The notes under the pieces were generated by a model. The model did not search any database and was not told the DNA's origin. It saw nothing but the letters and a program-made list of their open reading frames with translations. Below, one piece after another: positions 47,929 to 59,020 of a stretch of 64,000 nt of DNA. Within the stretch, counting starts at the first letter, position 1, and each line of letters starts with the position of its first letter. A program made the translations under genes and the position numbers. The DNA is from an uncultured virus (IMG/VR IMGVR_UViG_3300044723_007864) (Duplodnaviria; Heunggongvirae; Uroviricota; Caudoviricetes): the IMG/VR virus record IMGVR_UViG_3300044723_007864; one strand, 5' to 3'.

Positions 47929-50487
47929 ATGCGTACTATACAAAGTCCAGGTGTTGAAATTAGCGAAGTCGATCTTTCATTGAGACCGTCACTACCGGTG
48001 GGTACAAACATTTTGATCCCCGGGTTCAGTTCCAAGGGTCCAACAGAAGAGGTGATCGAGATAACCACGTTGAGCGAGTTTGAGAATGTGTATGGCATGC
48101 CTTCAAATGCAGCGGAGCGATATTTTTACCACACATTCAAAGCGGCCAAGCAGAGCCCAGGCAACACATTTGTTTACAGGTTACCATACGGAGGAGAGGA
48201 TGATCTTGGTGATGTGAGTGACAAATACAGTGCACTGGTGTATCCAATTGTGGCGTTGAGTGGTCAGAGACATGATGCCGGTGACCCACATGCTAACTTT
48301 TACAAGGAAAATAGTTTCACAGACTCCACTCCCGGTGGGGAGGCATCTACCGAGTTGAAGGATGTAAAGACCAATCCAGGGAAGATCCACTGGAGTGACG
48401 GTGTAGTGTATTACATTGGTGAGCCTCAAAATTATTACATCTCCGCGCAAGAATATGATGATTTCAAACAAGGCACTTATGAATGGTCCGTATCATCGTT
48501 CGAGGCCACCAACAGTGGAGACACCACACCGTTTGGTACAACTTTCAAAACAGCAGTAGAAGGTGGAGCTGGTATGGTCATCATCAATTCCAGAAAAAAC
48601 ATCATAAATGAGAAGATGGAAGGATTTTATGTGGGTGTTATAGACAACACCAATTTGAATCCCGCCACAGATTATGATGGATGTGAAGGTATCGAGACGG
48701 TCACCAGGAAATTGAGCGGTAGCAATCCTACAGGTGGTGTCTCACTAGATAAATATCTAAGCATTCCCGGAAGTCGATTGAACTTCGACATGACCGGATC
48801 CGCCACACCAGTTGCTGGCGCGAACAGCTCCGGTAAATCGAGTGGCGGTACATCGGTGAGTGAGGTGCTTGAGAACCTGAGTGATATCGAGCTTGGCACG
48901 CAAGAGTTTGATGATACCATATGCATTGGATTGTTCAAGGTGCGTGAATCCGTGCTTGCTGCTGACACATCAAAACTGGATTTTATACTGGCTGAAAGCT
49001 ACGTCGGCTCGCTGAACGGTTTCAAACGTGTCAACTCACCACTTGGTGGTACAGCACAATCTCATTTTATCGAAGATGTAGCTTCTGCAAAAGTGGGCAC
49101 ACCAAACATTGAAATTTTTATCAATCCATACATCAGTAACGCGCAAGGTGATTGGTTTGACAGCACACATTCTGTTTCTAAAAAGAAAGTACGTGTTCAT
49201 ACAAGCAAGAGCCATACTAATGAATTGATATACATAAACGAAACAGAATTCCAAGCGACCAGCGGTTTCAGAAAAGCTTTGAATGCTGATGACGCTGGTG
49301 ATGATACAGGCATAGAGGCTGCCAACTCGTTGTACCCCGCTGGAGTGTTCAAGGACACCAGTGTTCGTACGATCAAGGTAGGAGCCATACCAACAAAACT
49401 GGAGCGTATGTTCGAGGTTGTCGACAATTACGAGCTGTATCCATTGGATCTGGTGTTGGAAGCTGGCTTGGGAACAGTTTATGTAGGTACAGAAGGTGGT
49501 ACGACCAATGGATTTGATGATGAGAAGCCATGGGACATGGATGGCACCGGAGTAGGAAAAGACGACATGTACCTGACCAAAATAAATGAGAATTTACAAA
49601 CATCCGGTACCGTGCTCAATTATCGTTTCGTGAATGACGCGTTCATCAATTTCTGTCAAAACAAGAGAAAGGATATATTGTACATATCTGACAATTTGAG
49701 ATATGTTTTTGTGAACGGGAAAAATTCAAAAACACTCAATCAAGAGTTCACTGAATTTGACACCACTAAAAACAAAAATGTCACAACCAAGAAATATTTC
49801 TCCAAACACATTTACTGGCCACTCCGTCACCTGCAAGGTAACGCTAACAGCAGTTACGCTTGTGCGTTCGGTAATTGGGTGAAAACGTTTGACGGTACAC
49901 TCAACAGAGGCATCTGGGCCCCATTCAGCGGATTCGCCGCATCATTGATGGCCAATACAGATGCCAACTTTCAACCATGGTACGCACCAGCTGGTTTCAC
50001 ACGCGGTGTGCTGAGCAACGTGAGTGACCTCGCGATTTATCCAAAATTAAAAGAACGTGATCAGCTGTACAAGATCAATCAAAATCCGGTAGCCAACTTC
50101 CCTAATGATGGATTTGTGGTATTCGGGCAGAAAACACTGCAGAGAAAACCAAGCGCGTTTGATAGAATCAATGTACGTCGTCTGTTCTTGTATCTAGAAA
50201 AAGCCACACGAGCCACCGTGAAATATTTCGTGTTCGAACCCAACACGTTGTTCACCAGGACCCAGGTGGTGAACGTGCTCACGCCAATTTTTGAGAACGC
50301 TAAAAACACAGATGGTATGTACGATTACTTGATCGTGTGTGACGAGCGTAACAACACTCCAGACGTGATCGATCAAAACGAGATGGTGATTGACATTTAC
50401 ATCAAACCTGTACGTGCCGCTGAATTCATCTTGGTCAACTTCTACGCAACCAGAACAGGTCAAGACTTCAATGAATTAGTAGGCTAA
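47929..50487 (+). CDS. gp18: Contractile tail sheath protein
   Basis: SPGVEISEVDLS, PWYAPAGFTRG, FGQKTL, SAFDRINVRRLF, FEPN, IYIKPVRAAEFI; SD AAGGAG at 47913-47918. Confidence 0.96.
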   Translation: MRTIQSPGVEISEVDLSLRPSLPVGTNILIPGFSSKGPTEEVIEITTLSEFENVYGMPSNAAERYFYHTFKAAKQSPGNTFVYRLPYGGEDDLGDVSDKYSALVYPIVALSGQRHDAGDPHANFYKENSFTDSTPGGEASTELKDVKTNPGKIHWSDGVVYYIGEPQNYYISAQEYDDFKQGTYEWSVSSFEATNSGDTTPFGTTFKTAVEGGAGMVIINSRKNIINEKMEGFYVGVIDNTNLNPATDYDGCEGIETVTRKLSGSNPTGGVSLDKYLSIPGSRLNFDMTGSATPVAGANSSGKSSGGTSVSEVLENLSDIELGTQEFDDTICIGLFKVRESVLAADTSKLDFILAESYVGSLNGFKRVNSPLGGTAQSHFIEDVASAKVGTPNIEIFINPYISNAQGDWFDSTHSVSKKKVRVHTSKSHTNELIYINETEFQATSGFRKALNADDAGDDTGIEAANSLYPAGVFKDTSVRTIKVGAIPTKLERMFEVVDNYELYPLDLVLEAGLGTVYVGTEGGTTNGFDDEKPWDMDGTGVGKDDMYLTKINENLQTSGTVLNYRFVNDAFINFCQNKRKDILYISDNLRYVFVNGKNSKTLNQEFTEFDTTKNKNVTTKKYFSKHIYWPLRHLQGNANSSYACAFGNWVKTFDGTLNRGIWAPFSGFAASLMANTDANFQPWYAPAGFTRGVLSNVSDLAIYPKLKERDQLYKINQNPVANFPNDGFVVFGQKTLQRKPSAFDRINVRRLFLYLEKATRATVKYFVFEPNTLFTRTQVVNVLTPIFENAKNTDGMYDYLIVCDERNNTPDVIDQNEMVIDIYIKPVRAAEFILVNFYATRTGQDFNELVG

Positions 50488-50501
50488 GAATAAATAATTA
50501 T

Positions 50502-51050
50502 ATGCCAGACGTAAAACAAACAATCAGTGATTTCTACAGAGTAGCTCAAGCGCGGGATTTCTCGCGTGATTTTCAATTCAGAGTGTTGAGCATTCAATCA
50601 GATGCTACAGATGCGATCATAACAGAAGACGATCTCGTGTATATCCAAGGAGGTCAGATACCAGCACGTACAATCGCCAGTACAGATGTGAGTTACATGG
50701 GTCTAGCATTCAAGGTACCTGGTGCCGCACAATATGCCGGTACATATAACGCGACTTTTTATGCGGATGGGCAAAGCGCAATCAGGCGGTTGTTCGAGAG
50801 ATGGTCTCATGATACATTTGATGATGAGGATAGCACCGGTAATTATTACGTACCACGTGCCACCTCAACTGTTGATCTGTTACAGCTTGACCCTCAATTA
50901 AATGCAATCGCACAGTATCAATTGGTAGGTGTTTTTCCATCCAGCATCGGTGAAGTAGCGTACAACATACAAGGAACTGGTGCACCTGCTACATTCAGCG
51001 TCACATTAAATTACCATTTTTGGAGACGAGTCAAGCCAGAAAAAGACTAA
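50502..51050 (+). CDS. gp19: Tail tube protein
   Basis: Follows the sheath gene; IPARTI...YMG..FKVPG, FERW, GVFPSSIGEV, FSVTLNY. Confidence 0.85.
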   Translation: MPDVKQTISDFYRVAQARDFSRDFQFRVLSIQSDATDAIITEDDLVYIQGGQIPARTIASTDVSYMGLAFKVPGAAQYAGTYNATFYADGQSAIRRLFERWSHDTFDDEDSTGNYYVPRATSTVDLLQLDPQLNAIAQYQLVGVFPSSIGEVAYNIQGTGAPATFSVTLNYHFWRRVKPEKD

Positions 51051-51070
51051 TCGTACATAAGTAATTATGT

Positions 51071-52015
51071 ATGAACTTCGCAGGTGATTTATTAAGGTCA
51101 GCCGGTGGTGCATTAAAAGGCGCCGCGAGTAGTGTGCTGCAAAACCCCGCGGGCGGTGCAATAGAATTGTTTGGTACCAATGTACCACTAGTACCATTGG
51201 TTAGTTACAGAAACCACTTTCTCCGCATGCTCTCCACATGGTCTGGTAGTATACCAAACCAGTTCATGTGGTTGTTACTAATAGATCACATACCACCAGT
51301 TGTGAGTACAGCCATGTTGCAGACACTCGAACCAGTAGGTGATGGTGATAAAATAGGTAACAACATAGATAAAAACCTTAGAACCACATCAAGCTACATG
51401 TATCAAAAAATAGCCGGGTGTTATTTTGCCCAAGGTATAAACTTACCAGGAGAGAGTGCATCGTATAAATACATGGGGACACCGAAAAACCGTGGTTTTA
51501 TTGGTGGGTTATACGCCGAGCCACGCGCTCCACTGGCTCAGCTTGACATACAATTTTTAGAAACAAACACATCTTTTCTAGATTTTGTGATCAGACCGTG
51601 GATAATTACAGCTTCACATCTAGGGTTGGTAGCTAGGCCAGGAGATGATCCAGAATCTGGTGCCATAGATCCAATGAATATCAAAACAAACATGACAGTT
51701 ATTCAATTAGCGAAAACATATCAGAAAAGATCTTCAGTTCAGAGAAAGGTTTTCCGTTTTTTCAATTGTGTACCATTTCAAATGGCGGCACAGAACAATC
51801 CAACGAACGCGTCCGCACCACAACTCATCAGCACACAATGGAATTACACACACTACACAGTAGGTGGTATACCTTTCATTCCTGTTGAAGAGATAATAGA
51901 GTCATTCTCATCCGGCTCCATACCTAACATAATTAACGGCGTCACACAAGTCACTGGAGTAGACGTGGTCGGTAAGAGCATCAACGCTGCTAAAAAGGCG
52001 GTTGGTTTAGGTTAA
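51071..52015 (+). CDS. Baseplate tail-tube initiator (gp54-like)
   Basis: Tube-like fold (INLPGES, IQFLETN, FFNCVP); TAAGTA 7 nt upstream. Confidence 0.5.
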   Translation: MNFAGDLLRSAGGALKGAASSVLQNPAGGAIELFGTNVPLVPLVSYRNHFLRMLSTWSGSIPNQFMWLLLIDHIPPVVSTAMLQTLEPVGDGDKIGNNIDKNLRTTSSYMYQKIAGCYFAQGINLPGESASYKYMGTPKNRGFIGGLYAEPRAPLAQLDIQFLETNTSFLDFVIRPWIITASHLGLVARPGDDPESGAIDPMNIKTNMTVIQLAKTYQKRSSVQRKVFRFFNCVPFQMAAQNNPTNASAPQLISTQWNYTHYTVGGIPFIPVEEIIESFSSGSIPNIINGVTQVTGVDVVGKSINAAKKAVGLG

Positions 52016-52035
52016 TATATTTGATAAATACAATC

Positions 52036-52944
52036 ATGAGCTGTGAGGAGTTCCTGTATCCTGTGTATATACCAAGCGCAGCAGAGTATATCAATGCAAA
52101 AGAAGTAAAAAACAAGCATGTCGTTGTGATGTCTAAATATATAGCTAACAATGATGACCCCGGGTTGGATTCATATTTTCATCGATTGCTAGATCATATC
52201 ACCGGTGGTTATAAAAATTTAAACAAAGTGGACAAGTTTTGTGTGTTACTCACCGCGAGAATCGTTAGTATGGGACCGGAAATCAAACTAACCATGACAT
52301 GTGAAAAAACTTCTCAAAACTATAACGGAGTGATTGATTTGAACACCGTCCTGCAATTGGTTAGTGATGTCAAATACAATCAACCACGCATGATCCGGTT
52401 GAATAAAGAATATAGCGTCACAGTAGGTACACCAACTAACATGTTTCACAACACATCATTGACATCATTAGACATGTTTATAGACATTGTGCAAGAGATC
52501 ACGATCAAAGATCAGGTGTTTGATATGAAAAAATTGACACTTGAACAAAAAAACAACATTATGAACAATATCCCCGGTGTAAATTTTAAGAAGATATTAC
52601 AAGCTGGTAATGTGTATTACAAAGGATTTCACGATCTAGTGTTTTTTACCGATAAAAACCCTCACGATGAAGATTCTAAAGAGAAAAAATACAAACTAGG
52701 CATTTATGATAAGACAATGTTTGATCTAGTGAAAATGTCATACAATTATAGCTTAAACGACATGTATACTACAATGTATAATTTGTGTAATGTTATGAAT
52801 TTTGACTCAAAATATGCATTTGAAATGACACCAATAGAGACATCAATTTATACACAACGAAAAGCTAGAGAAATTGAGGAGCAGAAAAAGGCCAACGAAT
52901 CTAAAACACCTCAGATAGGAGCCAAACCACCTGGTGGACTTTAA
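52036..52944 (+). CDS. Baseplate hub assembly protein (gp26/gp51-like)
   Basis: LLTARIVSMGPEIKLTMTC and C-terminal MTPIETSIY; start ATG 52036 after TAAATA. Confidence 0.55.
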   Translation: MSCEEFLYPVYIPSAAEYINAKEVKNKHVVVMSKYIANNDDPGLDSYFHRLLDHITGGYKNLNKVDKFCVLLTARIVSMGPEIKLTMTCEKTSQNYNGVIDLNTVLQLVSDVKYNQPRMIRLNKEYSVTVGTPTNMFHNTSLTSLDMFIDIVQEITIKDQVFDMKKLTLEQKNNIMNNIPGVNFKKILQAGNVYYKGFHDLVFFTDKNPHDEDSKEKKYKLGIYDKTMFDLVKMSYNYSLNDMYTTMYNLCNVMNFDSKYAFEMTPIETSIYTQRKAREIEEQKKANESKTPQIGAKPPGGL

Positions 52945-52967
52945 CATCAATAACATTAAATATATCA

Positions 52968-53762
52968 ATGGCAACTAAAAAAAATGATTACAATAGCATT
53001 ATTGACGCTATAAACAAAACGAACAATTCAAATTTTGTTGACATATATGTTCCATCGATTGACAAGACTGTCAAATTCAAGCCATTAACTGTGCAGCATC
53101 AGAAAAAGATAATAACAGCGGCACTTGAAGCAACTGCGGTGAACGCGACACATTATGCCATTCTGACCAGTAATTTGATAAAAGAGAGCTGTGTTGATCC
53201 AGATATAACATTTTCATCCATTGATAGATTACCTGTTTTGGTAGGCCTCCGCGTGAACACGCTCGGATATGATGTACCCACTCTGAACTCATCCGGAGAC
53301 AAGGTATTTCACAATATAAAGTCACTGCATAATAATTTTCAATCATTCAAGATACCCAAAGGCATGCTTGAACCGAAAACTATAAAAGCAAATAATATTG
53401 CTGTTACCATTCAACCACCAACACTCGATGTTGATATAGAGGTTAATAACAAAGCACTACCTGTTGTATCAAAACACGCAAAAGATTCAGACACATTCAA
53501 GAATATTGTTGGGGAAGCTGTCGTGTATGAATATGTCAAATATATTAAATCATTAAAAATTGAAGATAAACTTATAGAGTTCAATCACAAGCATGCGACT
53601 AAATTGACTCAAATTGTTGAAGCACTGCCAATGACTGTGGTTAGTGACATTGTACAAGAGATTAATAAAATAAAGGAATATACTGATCGCTTCACCACTT
53701 TAAAACACGGAGACAATGTATTTAACATCATTACTGACGCTAGATTCTTTAGTAGTGATTAA
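52968..53762 (+). CDS. Baseplate hub assembly protein (gp26-like)
   Basis: VPSIDKTVKFKPLTVQHQK and IDR..LVGLR resemble gp26. Confidence 0.55.
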   Translation: MATKKNDYNSIIDAINKTNNSNFVDIYVPSIDKTVKFKPLTVQHQKKIITAALEATAVNATHYAILTSNLIKESCVDPDITFSSIDRLPVLVGLRVNTLGYDVPTLNSSGDKVFHNIKSLHNNFQSFKIPKGMLEPKTIKANNIAVTIQPPTLDVDIEVNNKALPVVSKHAKDSDTFKNIVGEAVVYEYVKYIKSLKIEDKLIEFNHKHATKLTQIVEALPMTVVSDIVQEINKIKEYTDRFTTLKHGDNVFNIITDARFFSSD

Positions 53763-53770
53763 ATAATTAC

Positions 53771-55714
53771 ATGATCCCCGGGCCTTCCGAAAATAAATCT
53801 CAAATAGAGGGTGTCAACATTGACACAGATGGAAATTTAAGGTATTTAGATGAAATCTTAAAGACTTTAAAAACCTGCTGTATTAAAAATGGTGATAAAT
53901 CATATAGGGAATCAAACCAAGGAGGTCTCCCTGGAGGACCATCCGAGTGGGATAAATTTCAAGCAGACGCGAACAAACCTAGGCAGGTTGTAAAGGACTC
54001 TACACCGGTGGATATCACCGGTATGACACCAAAGACGCTAGACAATCTTGCTGATGCTGTTGGTAGAGGTTTCGAAGCAGTCACACCATCCATGAAAGAC
54101 TTGAAAGAAGGTTCATGGTTGGATGGGTTGTTAGGTACAATAGGAGTCCCACTATTGGCTTTGGCAGCTGGTATGACAGCTCTGTTCACAGCTGCAAATA
54201 TCGATTGGGATGGCATGGAAGGCACAGTTGACGCGATTGGTAAATATGGATTGATGGGTGGTTTGAAAGTGTTTTTAGCTCCGTTCGCCAAAATGGCTAG
54301 TAAAACATTTTTGAAAAGAATACCTGTGATTGGTGGCATTGTCAGCTTCTATTTCGCGTATGAAGACTTTAAAAATAAAGAGTGGACCGGCATGGCATTA
54401 AATTTACTATCAGGTTTGTTAAACTTAGTTGGTACGTTCATTGCCCCTGGATTAGCCAATGGTCTGGCGATAGGTGTTGATATATTGAATGCATATCTTG
54501 ACACACAGACGCAAGGTATGGATGGTGAGGTAAAAGCAGAGGCCAAGAAAGATTTGTTATTTGAGATGGCCGCCGGTGTGTGGGAGAAAATAAAACCATA
54601 TGCTGAATATATACCTGTTATTGGTAGTTTGTTTTTATTTCAAAAAACAAAAGAAGCTTGGGATAATGACGACATACCAAATACACTTTTATTCGCAGCA
54701 CGAGGATTAGTCAATCTAAAACCGGGAGCCGGTACCATATTGAATCTAGGCCTCGGTATGGTGCAATCATTCATGGATCCAAACCAGAGAAAGGATGATA
54801 AAGTGGGCGGTGTAGCTGTTGATTTTCTAAAGCAATTCAGTGAACCATTTGAAAAGTATATCAGCAAATATATACGCATGGTACCTTTTATAGGATCCTT
54901 ATGGTATGTTGGAGATTTTATTCAACACTGGAGAGATGGTAAATATGGCCTGGCTGTAGCAGATCTGGGAATGGCTTTCATTGGATTAGTACCAGGCTGG
55001 ACCATGCTCAACCCGGTTATTGGTTTTTTCCGCGGTATGTTTGATGAAGAATATGCAAACAAATCCGCTGACGGGCAGCTTGGAGCGGCAGCATTTGATT
55101 GGATTGGTGAAATAGCAACTGCCATGAAAGACTGGGTTGTGGGTATGCTGTTTTCATTAGTTGATATGTTGCCGGATTTCTTAGGCTGGGGAGTAGAAGA
55201 ATTTCTAGGCATGATGGGAATGACTCGCAACTCAGGTACAAAACGCGAAAAACCCGTGTATCACGTGGATAAACAAGGGAACACACGAAAACAATTCACA
55301 CAAGCTCAGATTGAAGAATTAGATGAAGATATTTTAAAAAGCTTGAGAGACAGAGGCGACATAAGCGCTAAAGAACGGGAGATGATTGATGATGAGTTGG
55401 ATTATTGGTTATGGAGAGCAGATGGCGGTCCAGTACCAAAAGGTCAACCCACTATAGTGGGAGAAAAAGGACCGGAGGCTATTGTACCAACACAAGATAG
55501 TTATGTGCTTCATAACGATGTTTTTGAAGAAATGATAAAATTACTCGCGCAAAACAACGTGATATTAAATCGATTATCAGAAGAGATTGTAATCGCTGTC
55601 AAAGAAACTGGCACGGTGTTAAACAACACTGTTATACCTGCAGGAACAACACAATCTAATGTTAGTAATGTGCAATCGTTCCGCGAAAGTGTTAGAGATC
55701 GGTGGTTCTCATAA
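53771..55714 (+). CDS. Tape measure / baseplate hub protein
   Basis: Amphipathic repeats IPVIG/VPFIG; C-terminal RADGGPV...IVGEKGPEAIVP motif; position in the tail module. Confidence 0.65.
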   Translation: MIPGPSENKSQIEGVNIDTDGNLRYLDEILKTLKTCCIKNGDKSYRESNQGGLPGGPSEWDKFQADANKPRQVVKDSTPVDITGMTPKTLDNLADAVGRGFEAVTPSMKDLKEGSWLDGLLGTIGVPLLALAAGMTALFTAANIDWDGMEGTVDAIGKYGLMGGLKVFLAPFAKMASKTFLKRIPVIGGIVSFYFAYEDFKNKEWTGMALNLLSGLLNLVGTFIAPGLANGLAIGVDILNAYLDTQTQGMDGEVKAEAKKDLLFEMAAGVWEKIKPYAEYIPVIGSLFLFQKTKEAWDNDDIPNTLLFAARGLVNLKPGAGTILNLGLGMVQSFMDPNQRKDDKVGGVAVDFLKQFSEPFEKYISKYIRMVPFIGSLWYVGDFIQHWRDGKYGLAVADLGMAFIGLVPGWTMLNPVIGFFRGMFDEEYANKSADGQLGAAAFDWIGEIATAMKDWVVGMLFSLVDMLPDFLGWGVEEFLGMMGMTRNSGTKREKPVYHVDKQGNTRKQFTQAQIEELDEDILKSLRDRGDISAKEREMIDDELDYWLWRADGGPVPKGQPTIVGEKGPEAIVPTQDSYVLHNDVFEEMIKLLAQNNVILNRLSEEIVIAVKETGTVLNNTVIPAGTTQSNVSNVQSFRESVRDRWFS

Positions 55715-55724
55715 ATATTTATAG

Positions 55725-57032
55725 ATGAAATTAAACTTGAGCAAAGGTCAATTGATCACCGGTGGGGTAGCAGCCGCCGGGGCGGTAGCTAGCAAGCTGC
55801 TCAAAGGGTTAGATTCTTCTGGAAGTGAACCAGCCGGGCAAAATCAGTCATACATATGGAAATTTGTCGAACACGCGAGTATTTATGACAGCGAAGAGAC
55901 AGATTGCGCGAATCGAAAGCGAGGATATGGACCAGCCCCGGATTTAGCTGGTGTGTCTCAGCAACCAGGGTCAAACACAATACAGCATGTTGATGTGATA
56001 AATGATTTTCCATGGACCCAGTCACCTAAAACAGCGCGATGGGACGTACCTACATTGATGCTCCGTGAGAAAAGAATACAGGTAAATCCACAAATCAATC
56101 AAATTGCTAACAATCTGTTTGTCGCTACAGAAAAAACCGGACGAGGTGCGGAGCAAATACTTGATAATGAGACTCCGCAGCAATTGTTAGAAAAAATTAA
56201 ACAAAACGAAGCTAACCCGGAGAATGAATTTGGTAAAAAAATATTACAGGGCTGGAAAACAGTAGGGGAGACCGCGGATCAATTAGCATCTGGCTCCGGT
56301 GTGATGGCTCCATATGATGATTTATACTACACAAAAGATACAGGTTTTGTGTATTCATTACCATATTTACAAGAGAAAAGCAGAACCATTCAAAATTCAT
56401 TTGGTGGAGACGAAGGCATGGGTTTGTTGAATATGGCTGCGAATCTCACAGAGACTGCCGCGGGATTGGCTAAATCGCTCAACTTAGCCGATCCGGGATC
56501 GTACATTGAACAACCAAAACTTTTCAAATTCACCGGTAGAGAAAATTCATACACACTAGAGTTTCCGTTGATAAACACCGGATCATTCAGAGATGTTATC
56601 AAAAACTGGCAATTGTTATTTTTGCTCACGTATCAAAACTCACCAAATCGTTTGACCAGAGACTTGATCGATCCACCATGTATCTATGAAGCTAATCTGG
56701 ATGGTACATGGTACGCAAAATACGCATATATCGCAAACATGACCGTTTCTTTTGTAGGAGCCACCCGTAAAATGACAATACCGGTGCCTACTGAGGTGAA
56801 AGATGATGGTTCCGGTGATAAATCACAAGAACAATTCAATGTTGAAACAATAATTCCAGACATGTACAAGGTGAACATGACGGTTACAGAGATATTCGGT
56901 GAAACTCAAAACTCCATGTTCACATCTATAAATCAACAAAATCGACAAGTGACAGTGCAGAGATCAACAATTGAAGACACAACACCAGACGCTGTTAAAC
57001 AAGGCCTGGCGCCATTTAGAAAGATCGGATAA
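55725..57032 (+). CDS. Baseplate tail-tube cap (gp48-like)
   Basis: Position before gp53; YTLEFPLINTG, PPCIYE, YIANMTVSF. Confidence 0.45.
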   Translation: MKLNLSKGQLITGGVAAAGAVASKLLKGLDSSGSEPAGQNQSYIWKFVEHASIYDSEETDCANRKRGYGPAPDLAGVSQQPGSNTIQHVDVINDFPWTQSPKTARWDVPTLMLREKRIQVNPQINQIANNLFVATEKTGRGAEQILDNETPQQLLEKIKQNEANPENEFGKKILQGWKTVGETADQLASGSGVMAPYDDLYYTKDTGFVYSLPYLQEKSRTIQNSFGGDEGMGLLNMAANLTETAAGLAKSLNLADPGSYIEQPKLFKFTGRENSYTLEFPLINTGSFRDVIKNWQLLFLLTYQNSPNRLTRDLIDPPCIYEANLDGTWYAKYAYIANMTVSFVGATRKMTIPVPTEVKDDGSGDKSQEQFNVETIIPDMYKVNMTVTEIFGETQNSMFTSINQQNRQVTVQRSTIEDTTPDAVKQGLAPFRKIG

Positions 57033-57391
57033 TGTTTCAAAACGAACAGCCAGATCTTCCTACAATCGCACCAACACGGTTTGAGAATATACTAAGCATC
57101 CACAAAACAGAAACCAATGGGTTTCATTTTTACAACTTACTGAAAACCGTGAGATTCAACATCGATGACATGGATACCAGGTTTTATTACTTTCATAGAG
57201 TTAACAGGCTCACACCGTATACTGTATTAAGCCATTCTCTATATGGTGACATGCATTTGTGGTGGTTGATATGTGTGTCTAACAACATAGACAACCCTGT
57301 AGAATTTATCGAACCTGGTAGCACTTTAAAAATCATTAAAAAGCAATATATAAGCAATGTGATAAGTGCTATTAAACAGCAACTTCGATGA
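57032..57391 (+). CDS. gp53: Baseplate wedge subunit (LysM-like)
   Basis: LSHSLYGDMHLWWLICVSNNIDNP...PGSTLKI. Confidence 0.8.
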   Translation: MFQNEQPDLPTIAPTRFENILSIHKTETNGFHFYNLLKTVRFNIDDMDTRFYYFHRVNRLTPYTVLSHSLYGDMHLWWLICVSNNIDNPVEFIEPGSTLKIIKKQYISNVISAIKQQLR

Positions 57392-59019
57392 GCTGTTATA
57401 AAACAACAACTGATGGGCGCCTGGTCAACGCTTCAAACTCTAGTAATGAAGGCAGTGCTGGCTCACAACCATCCACTTCACCTCTCACCACTAACAACTA
57501 TTTAAACGGTGAACCATTTAAATACCAAGTGTTCTTTTGGAACAATGATGGTAGAACGACAAAACTTTTACCTGGAGCTATAGAAGAACTAGTATTAGAA
57601 GACAACATATGTTGGTGGTACCATTCCGGTCATGTGTTGTTTAAGAACACTAAAGATTGCTTTGAAAGAGCATCATTAAAGTATATCGCTGGTGAACCTA
57701 TAGACCTAGCACCGTATAGATTTCGTAATGATGGCCGTGATTATATATTTATTGAACTTGACGTGCCTGTTGAGGATGACATACAGAGCACTTTGTCTCT
57801 CAACAATCATGTGTTTACCATTCGCATGAATTTTGCAGTGACACAAGTTGAAGATGTTATAGGAAATGACGGACAAAAGTTAAAAAAAGTGTATTTTTGG
57901 GATTATCGGCAGCAATTATTAGCTGAAAAAAACATATGCTGGTCCTCCCCACTAGCGCTCAAGAGACAGTCAAACACAGGTATATTCAAATCACTATATC
58001 TTGTGGATGAACCTGAAGCTTCTTTATACTCTGGTGATTGTATCAAAGACATCATAACAGAAACACTAAAAACACCCACAACCACCCCAGTTTTTGAAGA
58101 TGATTTTAGTAAAGGTGGAGAAAAACTGTTTTATACCTCACCGACAGATAGTAAGGCGTATGATGATCTCGCGTATGTGCTATCATTACACACACATGAT
58201 ACAGAAACGATGGAACCATGCTTGCTCCGATGCGATAGATTCACGGACAAATGGTCTTTAACACCCATAGGAAAATACTTTAGAGATGCTCATACACAAT
58301 CTGATGAAGGACCTGGCTTCCCTGGTGTGAGAACACGTGATAGGTTTTACATAGCCGATGAATCAGACAACAGATCAGATGAGACAAGCGTGTTTCAGAA
58401 CGAACACAGGACCAGTCCTCATCATTCCGCATTGAATAATTTTTGGATACCACAAAACACAATTAATAATTATATGTTTCATGAGGCAAGCTCATTGGAT
58501 TGTATAGATGTGTTGAACACATCTATGGTAAATTTATATAACATAAAGGATAAACAATTTTACGTACATATGGAAGGTGGTGATATATCAAATGTGAGGA
58601 AGTACTTAAAAGAAAATGTGTTTTCAACCCTAATGGGTGGCGAAGGCGGTGCAGAACCTAGTTTCATACTCAATAATGCGAAAATAACCAACAGAACATA
58701 CAAGAGTTTCTCCACTCCAGTTGCTACTAAATGTAGAGAAGCTTTAGAGGGTCGTAATCGTATAATAATGGATGCAATATTGAGAGGAAACACCATGGAG
58801 TTCTCCGTCCCGGGCATGCCCTCCAGGCAAGCCGGTGCATTTGTAGCTATCGATCGCCGTGGTGGTTTCCAAGAGAATGAATATGACGACAAGCTGTTAG
58901 GCTATCACTTGACAGTGTCTGTGCAGCACGTGATTAAGAAGAACACTTACACGAATAACGTGCTCACTGTCAAGCCATACAGATACAAACCGGCAGTATT
59001 TAACGACAAGATCGACTAA
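57388..59019 (+). CDS. Baseplate hub protein (gp27-like)
   Basis: Follows gp53; C-terminal FSVPG..SRQAG.FV...LLGYHLTVSVQH pattern. Confidence 0.5.
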   Translation: MSCYKTTTDGRLVNASNSSNEGSAGSQPSTSPLTTNNYLNGEPFKYQVFFWNNDGRTTKLLPGAIEELVLEDNICWWYHSGHVLFKNTKDCFERASLKYIAGEPIDLAPYRFRNDGRDYIFIELDVPVEDDIQSTLSLNNHVFTIRMNFAVTQVEDVIGNDGQKLKKVYFWDYRQQLLAEKNICWSSPLALKRQSNTGIFKSLYLVDEPEASLYSGDCIKDIITETLKTPTTTPVFEDDFSKGGEKLFYTSPTDSKAYDDLAYVLSLHTHDTETMEPCLLRCDRFTDKWSLTPIGKYFRDAHTQSDEGPGFPGVRTRDRFYIADESDNRSDETSVFQNEHRTSPHHSALNNFWIPQNTINNYMFHEASSLDCIDVLNTSMVNLYNIKDKQFYVHMEGGDISNVRKYLKENVFSTLMGGEGGAEPSFILNNAKITNRTYKSFSTPVATKCREALEGRNRIIMDAILRGNTMEFSVPGMPSRQAGAFVAIDRRGGFQENEYDDKLLGYHLTVSVQHVIKKNTYTNNVLTVKPYRYKPAVFNDKID

Positions 59020-59020
59020 T